DNA of 64,000 bases, from NCBI GenBank assembly GCA_014905635.1, contig JABVCE010000009.1, positions 248,001 through 312,000 on the forward strand. The letters run 5' to 3'. Below, in pieces: positions 1-13,800 of the stretch; the stretch's first letter is position 1; every line of letters starts with the position of its first letter. Position numbers and translations under genes: made by a program. This stretch comes from Scenedesmus sp. PABB004 (Eukaryota). The notes beneath the pieces were generated by a model that was not told where the DNA came from, ran no database searches, and was given only the letters and a program-made list of their open reading frames with translations.

Positions 1-224
1 CCGCGCTGGCGGCCGACGGCGGCGGCGAGGACCAGCCGGAGCTGCTGGCCGCCGACCCGGCGGCGGGGGAGCGTGGCGGCGGCAGCGGAGACGGCGCCGC
101 CGCGCCGCTGCTGCTGCACTGCCGCGAGGTGGTGCTGCTCCGCCCGCGCCAGCGGCCCGTCACCGTCGTGGCGCCGCTGCCGCGCGAGATGCGAACGCTG
201 CTGCACGAGATGGGCTGGAAGTGA
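1..224 (+). CDS. 3' end of probable RluA-family RNA pseudouridine synthase (gene starts before window)
   Basis: Frame from nt 3 reads ...APLLLHCREVVLLRPRQRPVTVVAPLPREMRTLLHEMGWK* (TGA 222-224). The LH..(x)..APLP..M..LL pattern resembles the RluA C-terminus. Confidence 0.55.
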   Translation, partial: ALAADGGGEDQPELLAADPAAGERGGGSGDGAAAPLLLHCREVVLLRPRQRPVTVVAPLPREMRTLLHEMGWK

Positions 225-625
225 GCGGGTTGCGCGCTGGGAGTGCGCGCGCAGGCGGCGCCGGCGCGGGGTCGACCGCCGGTGCGGAGCGGCGCCGCCG
301 GCGGCCTCGCGGGGCAGCGCGGGCGTCGAGGGCGTGGAACGCAACGGGCCAGTGCCTCATCGTCCTGCAGCGCGCGCCGCGGGCGAGCGCTCGCGCGGCC
401 CCCGCCCTGCTCGCGCCGCGTCGCACCAGCGCCCGCGTGCACGGCGCGTGCGGGGCTCGGGGTCCGCCGCGGCGCGGCTGGGGCGCTCGGGCGTGGCCTT
501 GGGCGCGCGTGGGGGCGGCAGCGCGGCGGGCGCGCTGCGCGCAGACCCCGACTGCGCACCTGACAGCGCCCGCCAGCTCCCCGCCTGGCTCCGCCGCGGC
601 CCCCGGCGCGCCCCAGACCGCCAAG

Positions 626-3338
626 ATGGGTTTCTACTCGATTGCCAAACACTTTGAGGGGGCCACCGTGCTCCTGACGGGCAGCTCGGGCTATGTGGGC
701 GGCCTGGTGCTGGAGAGGCTGGTGCGCAGCACCGATGTGGAGCGCGTCTACGTGCTCATGCGCCCCAAGCGCGGCGAGGACATAGGCTCCCGCCTGCGCA
801 AGCAGCTGCACGAGAGCGCCATATTCCACCTGCTGCGGGGCAACCCGGTGCTCGACAAGGTCGTGCCCATCGCGGGCAACATGCTCGCCACCGACCTGGG
901 CATCTCGCTGGAAGACCGTCGCCGCCTCGCGCGCGAGGTGACGGACGTGATCCACTGCGCAGCAGACATCCGGCTGGAGGCGGGCATCAAGGACCTGCTC
1001 CAGGCCAACTACGAGGGCACGCGCCAGCTCTGCAAGCTCGCCTGCGGCTTCGCCAACCTCTCGGCCTTCGTGCACGTCAGCAGCGCGTACACCAACATGA
1101 ACGCGCCCACCGGGAGCCTGGTGAAGGAGGCAATCTACCCCCTCACGCACGGCGATCAGCTCGTGGACGACTACGAGCTGGTGCAGGTAATTGGGGCCGC
1201 CCCACGCCGGGCGCGCGCGCCCGGGCGGGCGCCAGGCGCGCCGGGAGGGCGCGCCGAGGCCGGCCATGCGCAGCAGCCCCCGCCCGCGCGCCGCGCGGCC
1301 GGGCGGGGCGCCACGCCCGGCGCCCCAGGCGGCGCGGCCCCACCCCCGCCGCGTGCCGGCGCCGCGGGCCGCGCGGCGCGCGCGCGCGCTGCGCCGCCGC
1401 TGCTGCGCGCCGCGCGGCGCGCCCGCCGCCGCGCGCGGGCCGCCCGCCCGCGCCCACCCCGCGCGCGCCCTCCCCACCCCGCCGCCCCCGCCGCCCCCCG
1501 CCTCCCCCGCAGGAGCTGCTGTCCATGCCCGCGCACAACGCCAACCTGCGCGCGGAGGGCCTTATGAAGGCGTGGAACTTTCCCAACAACTACACGCTCA
1601 GCAAGCACCTCGCCGAGTACATGGTCGCCGACTACCACAAGCACGCCAAGCTCCCCGTCTGCATCTGCCGCCCCACGCTCATCTCGAGCGTCGCGCGCGA
1701 CCCCTACCCCGGTGCGGCGCGCGGGCCGCACGCCGCCCCGCGCCCGCTCCGCGCCCGCCCCGCGCCCGCCCGCTGCGCCCGCGCCCGCCGCCCGGGCTCA
1801 CGCGCGCCCCGCCGCGCCCCGCGCCCGCCGCGCGCCGCCGCGCAGGCTACACGGGCAACTACGCGGGCCACGTCGGCGCGACGCTCGCATTCATGGCTGG
1901 CCTCTTTGACAGCCCCGAGGCGAGCAACTACAAGGGCGGCAACGTGTGGGACGTCATCCCCGCCGACGTCGTCGTCAGCGACATCCTCGCCGCCGCGGCC
2001 GCGCTCGGCGCGGGCATGGCGGCCGCGTGCACCGCGACGCAGACGTGCGCGGGGCGCCTGCTCGGCAGCGCCTACTGCGACGCGGAGGCGACGCGCGCGG
2101 CCGCGGCCGCGGGCGGCGCCCGCGGCGGCGCGGGCGGCAAGCCCGGCGCGCGCGGCGGCGGCGGCGGCGGCGGCGCGGCGCCGATCAGCGTGACCGCGTT
2201 TGCCGGCGCGCGCGACGCCGACGCCGGCGCGGGCCGGCGCGACCAGGCAGCGCCCGCGGGCGCGGCGGCGACGGGCGCGGGCGCGGGCGGCGCCGGCGAG
2301 GCGGAGGAGGAGCCGCTGCTGATCATCCACTGCGGCAGCAGCACGCTCTACCCGCTGACCATCATGGAGAGCTGGAACTGGGGCGTCGAGGCGTACGGCG
2401 CGTGGGTGACGGGCTGGCGGCTCTGCCGCGGCTGCGCCGCGCCGCTGACGGCGGAGCACGAGCCCAACCCCGCCAAGGCCGCGAAGCTGGTCGCGTGGAC
2501 GGGCTGGAAGGTCTGGGCCGTCGCGGGCCTGCTCAGGTGCGCCCGCCCCGCGCGCCACGCCGCGCCGCGCCGCTCCCGCGGCCTGCCGCGTGTGCCGCCG
2601 GCCGCCGCCCCGCCGCCGCCCCGGTGCCGCCCCGCTCACCGCCCCGCTCTCACCGCGCCCGCCGCCAGGCTGTTTGGCGAGGAGAAGGTCGCCAAGAAGC
2701 TGAGCGTGGGCTTTGACTCGTTCCGCGTGATCAACCAGCCCAAGACCGACGTCAACCTGCGCTTCAGCACGTGCAACATGCAGCGCCTCGCCGCCAAGCT
2801 CGACCCCGCTGAGCGCGACGAGTTCCTGCTGCTCTGGCGGCCGCAGCTCGGCGGCGCGGCGGCGGCCGCGCCGCGCGTGGCCGACGGCGCCGGCGCCGGC
2901 GCCAAGGCCGGCGGCGCGCACGGCGCGCACGACCTGCTGCCGCCGGTCGGCGGCGGCGGCGTGATCCGCGCCAAGCTCGGCGGCAGCCGCGAGAGCAGCT
3001 GCTGCAGCGACGGCGAGGACAGCAGCAGCAGCTGCAGCAGCGCGAGCAGCGGCGGCGGGCGCGCGCCCGCGAGCCAAGCCGCCGCGGCGGCGCCGCAGCA
3101 GCCGGCACGCGGCGCGGCGCTCGGGCCGGAGCAGCGCGCCGCGCTGGCCAAGATGCGGGCGGTGCCGGCGCAGTGGCGCGACTTCCACATCAACCTCGGC
3201 GCCTTCCTCTACTGCTCCGTCTTCCGCATGCCTGAGCCGGAGCCGCTGCTGCCGATCAACAAGGAGCAGGTGCTGCACTGGCTCGACATCAAGCCCGAGG
3301 ACGCGTGGGTGCGGCACTCGTTCAAGCTCTACAAGTGA
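626..3338 (+). CDS. Fatty acyl-CoA reductase (NAD_binding_4 / male-sterility family), 4 exons
   Basis: MGFYSIAKHFEGATVLLTGSSGYVG (Rossmann motif), VIHCAA, FVHVSSAY, FPNNYTLSK (YxxxK), CRPTLISS, DVIPADVV. GT-AG introns at about 1187-1512, 1712-1845 and 2537-2668. Confidence 0.9.
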
Positions 3339-4697
3339 GCCCGCGCGGCGCCGCCCCGCGCGCGGAGCCGGGGGCCGGAGCGGAGCCGGAGCGGAGCCGG
3401 AGCGGAGCCGGGCGCGGAGTCGGGCGGAGTTGGAGCGGAGCCGCGCGCGGGGCCCGCGCGCCGCCCCGCGGCGGCGCCGCGCGGCGCCGACGCGGCCTTT
3501 GTTTCCCGTAGCGCAGCGGCGCGCGTGCGTGCGGGCCGCGGCAGCGACCGAGAGCGCCTCAGAAACGTTTTCCTGCCGCGTGGCTGCGCGTTCAGCAGCG
3601 GCTGCAGCAGGGACGGCCGGGCGCGCCGCGCGAGGCGTCGCGCGCGGGCCCGCGCGCGCGGCGAGCCACGGCGAGGGCCGGCGCGCCGCGCGCCACGCGC
3701 GGCGGCGCCCACGAACGACTTGCATTTTGAGCGGCGCATCGCGCTGCCCGCAGCATGAGAACCAATGCGCGCCGCGCTGCGGCACCATTTCATGGACGCC
3801 GCCGCCTGCTGCGCCTGTGCGCCTGCTCCCGCGCGCATGCCCATTCCCGCCGCCCGCGGGGCCGCCGCTGCTTGGGCAGCGGCGGCGGCCGTCGTGCCCG
3901 TGGCGCGCGGCGCGGCGCGGCTGGTGCGTGCCGCCGGCCGGCGGCAGCGGCGGCAGCGGCGGCAGCAGCGAGGAGGAGGAATAAGCGCGTGTTTGTTTGG
4001 CGATGCGCCGGCGGCGCTCGTGGGCAGGAACCCGGGGGGAGGCGCAGGCATCATGACCCGGACGCAGGCGTCGCGGTGCGGTGCTCCGTGTGCGGCCGCG
4101 CGGCCGCTGCCTCCACCCCCGGAGGCGCGCCGCGCGGGCCCCCGCCCTGCCTGCACGTGACTGCAGCAGCGCCGTCGCCGCCGCGGCGACGGCGCGCGCG
4201 CCCGCCCCGCCCGGCCGGGCCGCTGGCCCCCCGCGGCCGGCCGGCGGCGGGCGCAGACCAGGCTCACCTGACACATGCGGCGCGGGGCCCGCCACAACAC
4301 ACACACTCTTGACACACACATGGTGGCGCATGGCTTGGACGCGCGAGCGAGCGAGCAGAACTGCCGGCGCCATAGCGACATAAACTAGCGGGACAACGGG
4401 TGGTGGCGGCGGACGGAGGCGCTCTCCCCACGTTTTAACACGCGTCCGTCCGTCACTGACGCGGACTTTCACTGACGTTCGTCGACGTCACGGTCCCCGG
4501 GTCAGCTGCCGCTGACCCGGGCAGCACAGCCGGGCCTCTCCCGCCACGCTCACGGTCAGCCCCCGCGAAGGAGCGAGCCGCCGCCACCGGCCGCAGCAGC
4601 AGCAGCAGCAGCAGCGCCGCCCGGCAGCGCCGCACGCCGCGCACGGCGGCCGCCGGCGGCCGGCGGCGCGCCCCGGGTGGTCCAGGGGGCCTGGGCC

Positions 4698-7346
4698 ATG
4701 GCGGACGATGACTGGGACGACGAGGACCTGCTGGAGGTCACGGGCCATCGCAGCAGCAAGGGCGCCGCGGGCAAGAAGCGGGGCCGCAAGGCCTCAGACT
4801 CGGAGGACGACTTCGAGGCCTCCCCGCCCGGGCGCGGGGCCGCGCCGCCCGCCAAGCAGCGGCGCGGGGCGGCGGAGAGCGACGGCGAGGGCAGCGATGC
4901 AGTGGACGAGGAGGAGGAGCGCAAGCTGGCGGCCATGAACGAGCTGGAGCGCGAGATGTACCTGTTCGAGCGCGAGGAGATCCTGCAGCGCCAGCGGGAG
5001 CGCAAGGCGGTGCTCAAGCAGGCGCGCAACGAGGCGGAGCAGGTGCGGCGCCGCTGCTGTCGCCGCTGCAGCGCGCCGCCGGCGCCGGGCGGCGGCCCGC
5101 GCTCGGCGGCAGCACACGCCGCCGCTTGCCGCCTGCGTCTGCCCCTCCAGGTGGAGGTGCGCGCGTCGACGCGGCGGCCGCGCGGGCAGACGGGCACCGA
5201 CTCGGCGATCGGGCGCATCGCAGCGGCGCACGCGCAGCGCGAGAAGCGCAAGCAGCAGGCCGCGGAGCAGGCGCAGCGGCGCCGCGCGCGCGAGGCGAGC
5301 GAGGAGGAGGAGGCCGAGGCGGAGGAGGAGCCGAGCGAGCGCGGCGCGACGGAGGAGGGCGACGAGGAGGAGGCGGAGCTCGCGGAGCTCGCGGAGGACG
5401 ACGACGCCGGCGCGCTCGCGGCGCGCGCGGAGCGCTACGACGAGGGCGCCGGCTCGTATGAGGTGCGGGGCAGCCACCCGGGCCGCCCGGGGGCGGGGGA
5501 GGGGGGGGGCGGCGGCGGCGGCGAGCGCTGCGCGTCGCCGCGCGCCTGGCCGCGGTGCGCGGCCGACGCCCCCCGCGCGCGCGCCCGCAGGAGTCGGAGG
5601 AGCGCGCGAGCCTCGAGGAGGTGCGCAGCATCACGCTGCGCCGCGCCGACCTGGAGGCGTGGCACGCGGAGCCGTTCTTCGAGGAGGACGTACGCGGCTG
5701 CCTGCTGCGCGTCGTGCACACCGCGGAGCAGGCGCGCACCGGCTTCCCCGCCTACATGCTCGCCCGTGTGGCCGACGTCGTGCAGCGCAACTCCTACGCG
5801 TGAGGCCGCGCGGCGCAGCGCGCCGCGCCGCCGCCGCGCCGCGCGGGCGGGGGCGGGGCGCGGTGCGCGGGCGCGCGCCGACGCCCGGGCTCGCTGCCGC
5901 CGCCGCCGCCGGCGCCGCGCAGCTTCCCGGCGGGCGCCAAGAACTCCCGCACGCGCAAGTGGCTGCACCTGGACGACCTCTCCGGCAACGGCGTGTTCCG
6001 GCACCAGATGGTCCTGGTGCGCGGCCGCCCGCCACGCGCGCGGCGCCGGGCCCTGGCTGGCCCGCAGGCGCGCGCCGCCGCCGCCGCCGCCGCCGTCGCT
6101 GCGCGCCCATGCGCTGTGCGCCCGCACGCCGCGCGCCGCCGCGCCGCGCAGGTGAGCAACAGCGCGGTGACCGAGGCGGAGTACGAAAAGGCGCTCGCGC
6201 GCGCATCGCGGGGCCGCGGCCGCTTCATCACCAAGGGCGACGTCGCGGCGGCGCAGGAGCGCCTGCAGCACGCGCGCACGTGAGCGACCCGGCCCGCCCG
6301 CCCGCGCCCGCGCCCGCGCGCCCGCTGGGCGCGCCCCCTGACCGGCGCCCTCTGCCGCGGTGGCCGCCGCGCCGCGCCGCGCCGGCCGCAGGTTCAAGTA
6401 CCACCCCGAGCTGGTGAAGCAGCTGCTGGAGCGCAAGCGCGCGGCGGGCAAGGTCGCGGGCAGCGCCGCGCAGCACCGCGCGCGGCTGGCGCACGAGATC
6501 AACGTCGCGCGCCAGGACGGCCGCAGCGAGGACGAGATCGCGCGGTGCGGCGCGCGCGCGCGGGCGTGAGCGGGCGGGCGGGCGGGCGGGCGGGCGGGTC
6601 GGCCGGTGGGCCCGAGCGCCGCGCGGCGGGCGGAGGCCGGGCGCGCGCGGCGCGCGGCGCGCGCGCGCTCGCCAGCGCGCTCTCCCGCACGCGCGCCCGC
6701 GCCGCGCGCGCGCCCGCGCAGGCTGCAGGACGAGCTGGACCGCCTGGAGTCGCAGGACGCTGCGCGCGCGGCCGAGGCGCAGGAGCTCATCGCGGCGGCG
6801 GTCGGCGACCGCGACGGCGAGCGCGGCGGCGCCGCGGGCGGCGCGGCACGGCTGCCGACCGACATGGCGCTCGCGGTGATCAACCTGCGCAACCGGGACC
6901 GCAACAACCTGAAGATCATCCACAACCTCGCCGGCGCGGCGGCCAAGGCCGCCGGCGGCGACGAGGGCAGCAAGAAGGACGTGTTCAGCCGGCGGCACAC
7001 GACGTCAAAGGTCTACTGGGCGACCGGCCGCGGCGGCGGCGGCGGCGCGGCCGCGGCGGTCGCCGCGCCGGCGGCGCCGCTCGCGCGGCAGGGCAGCGGC
7101 GTGGCCGACGTCGCGGTGCTCAAGGGCAGCCTGAAGAAGCTGGAGCCGGCGGAGCTGATCAAGCACCTCGACCTGGAGCTCGACCTCTCCCGCCTGCCCA
7201 CGGGCCAGCCCGCCGCGCTGCTGCCGAAGCGCCTGCTCGGGCCGCGCTGGATGCAGAGCGTCGAGCGCCGGCAGGCAGACATGGCGGGCCGGTCCCTGCT
7301 CACGCTCGACGACTGGCGGCGCAAGATGAGCTACAATGCCGCCTGA
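4698..7346 (+). CDS. RTF1: RTF1/VIP5-like PAF1-complex subunit (Plus3 domain), multi-exon
   Basis: LAAMNELEREMYLFERE (histone-modification domain), LEEVRSITLRRADLEAWHAEPFFEEDVRGCLLRV and VSNSAVTEAEY (Plus3), INLRNR..N and DVFSRRHTTSKVYW, ending LTLDDWRRKM. Confidence 0.85.
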
Positions 7347-7810
7347 GCGCGCGGCGGCCGCGGCGGCGGCTGTGGCGGTAACGGCCGCCTGCCGCCCCGT
7401 CGCCCGCGCTCAGCTTCGCCGCGCGGCGCCGCCGCGGGCGCGGTGAACCGCCGCCGGCCGCCGCCGCGCGCGCTCAAACTCGGCTGTCAGCTGCGAGCCG
7501 CGCCGCGCGGCCGCTCGTCCGGCGGCTCCCCGACGACCGACGTGTCGTTCCAGCACGGCGCGGCCGGCGGAGGGGGCACAGAGCAGTGCGGTGGCGAGCA
7601 TTTCCCCCCCGCGCCCGCCAGGCGTCCGTCGAGGCGCGCAGCAAGCCGCCGTAGACACACGACGCCCGCTCCACCGCCGGGCGGGGCGCCGCCGCGGAGC
7701 GGCGCGCGCGCCGGGCGGGAGGAGCAGTTGGTGCTGCTGCAGCAGCGCCGCGACCGCGCCGGGCGCGGCCCGCCTGATCCGGGCGCCTCCTCCATGGGCA
7801 GGGCTTCGCC

Positions 7811-10800
7811 ATGACGGCAGCAGCAGGCGACGGCGGCCCCGGGACGCCGCGCCCGGCGCGGCCGTCCACCTTGTGCGCAGCGGCGCGCGGCGCGCGGGAC
7901 GAGGATGCCGGCGCGTGCGCGGTGCGCGTGGCGGTGCACATCCGGCCGCTGGTGGAGCAGGAGCTCGCCAAGGGCTGCCAGGAGATCCTGGACGTTGCGC
8001 CCGGCAGCGCGCAGGCGCGCGAGCGCGCGCGCGCGTGCAGCGGCGCGGCGCGGGGGCGGGCGCCGCAGCGCGGCGGCGGCCACGGCCCCCTGCCGGCGCC
8101 CGCGTGCCGTCGAGCCTGCCGCCCAGCCCGCCGCGCCGCCGCCGCGCCGCAGATCACGGTGCCGCCGCACACGTTTGCGTACGACAACGTGTACGGCGCC
8201 GGCGGCGGCGCGCACGCGGGCGCGCTCTACCCCGACTGCGTGCAGCCGCTCGTGGCGGGCCTGTTCCGGGGCTACAACGCGACTGTGTTTGCGTACGGGC
8301 AGACGGGGAGCGGCAAGACGTTCACGATGGGCTCGTCGTGGTCGCCCGACGACCGCGGCGGCGGCGTCATCCCGAGCGTCATGGACGAGCTCTTTGCCCG
8401 CATCGACGAGGCCCGCGACACCGAGTTCACGGTCAAGGTCAGCTTCGTGGAGATCCACAAGGTGCGGCGGCGGCGGCGGCGGCGGCGGTGACAGGAGCGA
8501 CGGCAGAGCAGGGGCGGGGAAGAGAGCGGCGTGCCGCGGCGGCGACCGCGCCGGGGCGAGCCCGCGGCGCCGGCGCCCCGCGCAGGAGGAGGTGCGCGAC
8601 CTGCTGTGGACGAGCAGCGCCGCGCCGCGCCCGGTCGTGACGATCCGCGAGCTCCCCAGCGGCGTGAGCCTCGCGGGCGCGAGCGAGCGGCTCGTGCGGT
8701 GCCGCGAGGAGATGGGGCACGTGCTCATGCAGGGCACGCTCATGCGCGCGGTGGCGAGCACAAACATGAACAACCGGTGCGCGCGCCGGGGCCGGCGGCG
8801 GGGCGGCGGCGGCGGGGCTTGGGCGGCGGGGCGCAGGGCGGCGCCGGCGCTGGCGGCCGGCGTGGGGCGCGCGGGGCTGTGCCGCGAGCGCGCTGCGCCG
8901 AGCGCGCCGCGCCGCGCCGCGCCGCGCCGCAGGTCGAGCCGCAGCCACGCGATCTTCACCATCACGCTGGAGCAGCGCCGCCGCGCGGTCGTGCGCCCCG
9001 CGAGCGCGCCGCCGGCGGTCACGCCGGGCGGCGCGGCGGACAGCAGCGACAGCGACGGCAGCAGCGAGGAGGAGGAGGAGGAGCTGGAGGGCGCGGGCGA
9101 CGACTACTTGATCGCCAAGGCGCGCCGCCGCTGCGCGCTTGCACCCGCTGCTGCTGCCGGGCCGGCGGCCGGCCGCGCAGAGGCGAGCAGGCTCGGCTGC
9201 TAGGACAGGGCGATGAGCGCTGCGCTCGCGCCCCCGCCGCTGCTGGTCTCGCCGCCGCCGCCGCGCAGATGCACCTGGTGGACCTCGCCGGCAGCGAGCG
9301 CGCCAAGCGCACGGGCGCGCAGGGCGCGCGGCTCAAGGAGGCCATCAACATCAACAAGGGCCTCCTCGCGCTCGCAAAGGTCATCACCGCGCTCGTGGAC
9401 GGCCAGAGCCACGTGCCCTACAGGCGCGCCCGCCCGGCGGCGCGGCGACGCCCGCGGCGGTGCCGGCGGCGCGCAGCCAGCGGCAGCGCCGGCGGCGGCC
9501 GCGGCCCCGCGCCGCCCGCAGCGCGCGCGAGCACGCCGCGCCCGCCCCGCCGCCGCGCCGGCGGGCCGCAGGGACTCCAAGCTCACGCGCCTGCTGCAGG
9601 ACAGCCTCGGCGGCAACAGCCGCACCGTGATGATCGCGTGCGTGTCGCCGGCCGACATCAACCGCGAGGAGTCGCTCAACACGCTGCGCTACGCCGACCG
9701 CGCGCGGCGCATCAAGAACAAGCCCGTGGTCAACCGCGACCCCGTGGCCGCGCAGCTCGCGGCGCTGCGGCAGCAGGTCGCGGGGCTGCGCGCCGAGAAC
9801 GGCGCGCTCAAGGCGGCGCTCGGCGGCGAGCCGGGCGCGGCGGCCGCGTTTGCGGCGGCCGCGGCGGCGGGCGGCCGCGGCGGCGGCGGCGGGCGCGGCG
9901 CGCGCGAGGCGCTGCAGGAGGCGTACGACGACCTCGCGGTGCGCTGCAACGCGCTGGAGGTGCAGAACGCGCGGCAGGCCATGGAGCTGGTGCGCGCGCG
10001 CGCGTGCGCGGTGCTGCCGGGCGGCAGGCGGGGGCGGCGGCGCCCGCCGGCGGGGCGGCGGCCGTCGTGCGGGGGCGGCACGGTGCGGAGCGGCGCGCGA
10101 TCCCGCGCCCGCCCGCGTGCCACGTGCAGGAGTCGGCGCACGCCGAGGCCGGCGTGCTGCGCGCGGGCTGCTTGGCGCCGAGACGGCGCGGGACCAGGCG
10201 CTGCTGCGGCTGGAGGTGCTGCAGCGCGCGCTCGCGGCGTCTGCAGACGAGGCCGTGCGCGCGGCGCTGCGCCAGGACGCGGCGGCGGTCGCGGCGGCCG
10301 CGCGCGCGGCCGAGGCCGGCGACGGCGGCGACGCAACGTCGCCAGGCGCCGGCGGCGACGCGCCGGCGGACTGCGGCGAGGGCGCCGAGCCGCCGCCGCC
10401 GCCGGGCGGCGAGCTCGGCGTGGTGGCGGGCCTGCGCGCGCGCGTGTCGGAGCTCGAGTGCGAGCTCCGCCAGGTGCGCAGCCTGCAGCGCATGACCTCA
10501 CACGCGCTCGCGCGCGGCATGGGCAGCGCGGGCGGCGCGCCGCGCGGCGGCCGGCCCGGCGGCGCCCGCGCCCGCGGCGGCGCGGCGCGCCCCGGCGGCG
10601 CGCCCGGCGGCGCCCGCGGCGGGGCGAGCCCGGGCGGCAGCCCCGCGCTGCGGCTGGAGGAGGAGGAGGGGCTGAGCATCGAGGACGAGGACGCAGACGC
10701 GTGCTCGCCGCTCACGCCCGCGCGGCCGGCGGCGGACGACGAGCTGGACGAGCCGCTCATGGTGCGGCGCGGGGGCCTCGGCCGGCGCGCCGCGGGGCCT

Positions 10801-13800
10801 CGGGGCGGGGGTCGGCAGGCGCTTGGGGTGTGTGTGTGGGGGGAGCAGCTGTGCGGGGGGTCGCGCAGGTGCGATACGGGTTGCGGCGGACGCGAGGCTG
10901 AGCCGCCGCCGGCGCCGCCGCCTGCGCTGCAGGAGAGCGAGCCCGATGCGGAGGTGCTCGCGCAGAGCGCGGCGCACATGGTCGCGCGCGAGGCGATGGC
11001 GCTCAAGCTCGCGGCGCTGGGGCGGCAGATGGAGGCGAAGCAGAAGCGGCTGCTCGCGCTGCAGAGCGCAGCCGACGTGGAGGGCGCCAAGGGGCGCTTC
11101 ATGGCCGAGCTGCAGCGCGAGCGCGACACGCTGGCCAAGGAGAAGCTGGCGCTGCTGCAGGCGCGGCCGCGCGGCGCTGGGGCCACGGCGCTCGGGCCAC
11201 GCCCGTGCCCGGGCGGCGCGGCGGCAGCGGCGGCGGCGGCGATGCGGCCGGCGCCCGCCCACGCGCGTCGCTGCCGCGCGCGGGACGCGCGCAGAAGCTG
11301 CAGGCCGTCGAGGCGGCGGGCGCGGAGGAGCGCAAGCGCCTCGAGGCGACGTACCGCGACAAGCTCACGAGCGTGGAGCGGCGGCTCAAGGAGCTCGCGG
11401 AGCGCGAGAAGGCGGCCAAGCGCGGCGCCGCGCAGCTGGTACGCCGGGGGGGCCGCCGCCGCTAGCTTGCTTGCCGGGGCGCGGGCGGCGCGGGCCTCGC
11501 GGGCCCAGGGCGGCGGCGGGGGGCTCGCGGCGCCCGCGGCCCGCCCGAGCTGAGCCGCTGCCACCGCACGCCTGCGCGCCGCCGCCGCGTGCCTGCCCGC
11601 CGCCGGCGCCGCAGGGGCGCGTGCAGTCGGTGTGCCAGCAGCTGCAGGCGGACATCAGCCGCATGAAGGCGGCGCGCGCGGCGGTGCAGCGGCGCATGGA
11701 GGCAAAGGAGAAGGAGTTCCGGGAGTGGCGGCTCGCGCGCGAGCGCGAGGTGCTGCAGCTCAGGCGCAACGCGCAGCGCCAGGACGCCGCGCTGCAGCAG
11801 CACCAGGCGATGCACTGCAAGCAGCAGGTGCGCGGCGCGTACGCGCGCGGGCGCAGCCGCGGCGCCCGCCAGCAGGCCGCGCGGCGTGGGCGCCCGCCCG
11901 CCCACGCCCCCGTCCGCGCGCCGCGCCGCGCCAGGCGGTGCTCAAGCGCAAGACGGAGGAGGCCGAGGCGGCGCGGCGCAAGCTGCGTGACCTCATGGAG
12001 CTGCAGGCGCGCGTGCGGCGCGACAAGCGCGCCGCCGCCGGCGCGTCCGCCGACCAGGGCGCGGCGCCGCCGGAGCTGGAGCTGCAGCCCAACGCCACGG
12101 CGCCGCTGCTGCGCACCGAGAAGGCGCGCCGCGAGTGGGTCGACCAGGAGCTGGAGCTCTGCAGCACGAGCTGGCAGTACCAAAAGGTGCTGGAGGGCGA
12201 GCTTGCGCAGCGCGCCGAGGCGACGCGGCGGCTGCGGGAGGTGCAGAAGCAGCTCATGCTGCTGGGCGGCCTCGTGCCGCCCAGCCCCGTGGTGACCGCG
12301 GCCGCCGCGGCCGCCGCGGCCGCCAGCCGCGGCGCCGGCGCCGGCGCTGGAGCCACGGCGCTGCCGCGCGAGGAGGTGCTGCAGCAGGACGCCGCGCGGC
12401 TGCAGGCGGCGATTGAGCAGCACAGCGCAAACGTCAAGGTGCGCCGCGGCGGGTGCTTGCCGCTGGCTGTGCCACGCGGCCGGCTCCGCCGCGCCCGCCG
12501 CGCTTCGGCCGGCCCACGTGCCGCGGCGCCGCGCCGCGCGTGCCGCACCGCAGGAGCTGCAGGAGCAGTGGGAGCGCGCGCGGAGCGACGAGCAGAGCCG
12601 CGGCGCGGGCGCGGCGGACGTGAAGCGCTGGACCGGCATCCGCAACATCGTCGAGGCGCGCGAGCTGCTGCGCACGCTCTTCCTCTGCGCGTGCGCGCAA
12701 AAGGCCCAGGTGCGGCGCGGCTGCCGCGCGCCCGCGCGCCGCGCCCGCGCGCCGCGCCGCGCGCGCGCGCCGCGACCGCCGCGACCGCCGCGACCGCCGC
12801 GCGCCGCGCCGCGCCGCGCCGCGGCAGGTGTGCGAGGGCGCGATGGAGCTGGCCAAGCTGCAGGAGGCAGCCGACATCCTGCAGATCAGGCTCGACATGG
12901 CGCTGCAGCAGGCGGCCGAGGCGAAGCGCAAGGCGCTGGAGGCGGAGGCCACCACGGCGGCCGTGATCTCGACGCCCGGGCACCGCCTCGCGCTCGCGGC
13001 CGCCGCGGCCGCCGCCGGCGGCGACGCGAGCGAGGGCGAGCCCGACGGCGCGGGCGACGGTGGCGGCGACGGCGAGGGCGGCGCCGCCGCCGCGGCCGCG
13101 AGCCGCCGCCGCCGCGCAATGCAGCGGCTCGTGCTCAGGCAGGAGTCGGCGGAGCGCGCCGCGGCGGCGGCCGCCGCCATCGCCGCCGCCGCGGCGGCCA
13201 GCCGGCGCGAGTTCAGCGCCGCGGGGGTCGCCGACCTGCTCGGCCAGCTCGGCAGCGCGGCGGCGGCGTCGCCCGGCGGCCCCGGCGGCGCCGGCGAGGA
13301 CGTGCGGGACGACGTCGACATCGAGGCCGACGCGCTGCTGCACAGCATGGGCCTGCCGCCGATCATGGAGCTGCCGAGCGAGGAGCTGGGCACGCCCGGC
13401 TCGGCCGGCGGCGGGCGCTACGCGCCGCCGGGCCGGCGCCTGGCGGGCGCGGCCGGCAGCGGCAGCGGCGCCTGGCGCAGCGGCAGCGGCAGCGGCCCGC
13501 CCGAGCCCGGCGGCGGGGGCGGCGGCCGCGGAGGCGGCGGTGCGCGCCCTGAGCGCTCCGCCAGCCTCGGCAGCTCGGCGCACGACCTGGCGGCCAAGCT
13601 GGACGCGCTGCAGGTGGACTGGCAGGGCTACAAGCGCGGCGCCGCAGCGGGCAGCGGCGTGCGGCGCTCCATCCCCGGCAGCCAGCCCGGCGGGCGGGCG
13701 AGCACCAGCAGCCTGCCCGGCAGCCCCGGCGCCGGCGGCGGCCCCCGGGGCGGCAGTTTTGCGCTCAGCACGCGGCAGCCGGGCAGCGCGGCGGGCGAGC

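Noticed and set aside
3362..3445. (CGGAGC)n-like repeats after the FAR stop
   Set aside because: Simple low-complexity 3' UTR repeat with no further structure.
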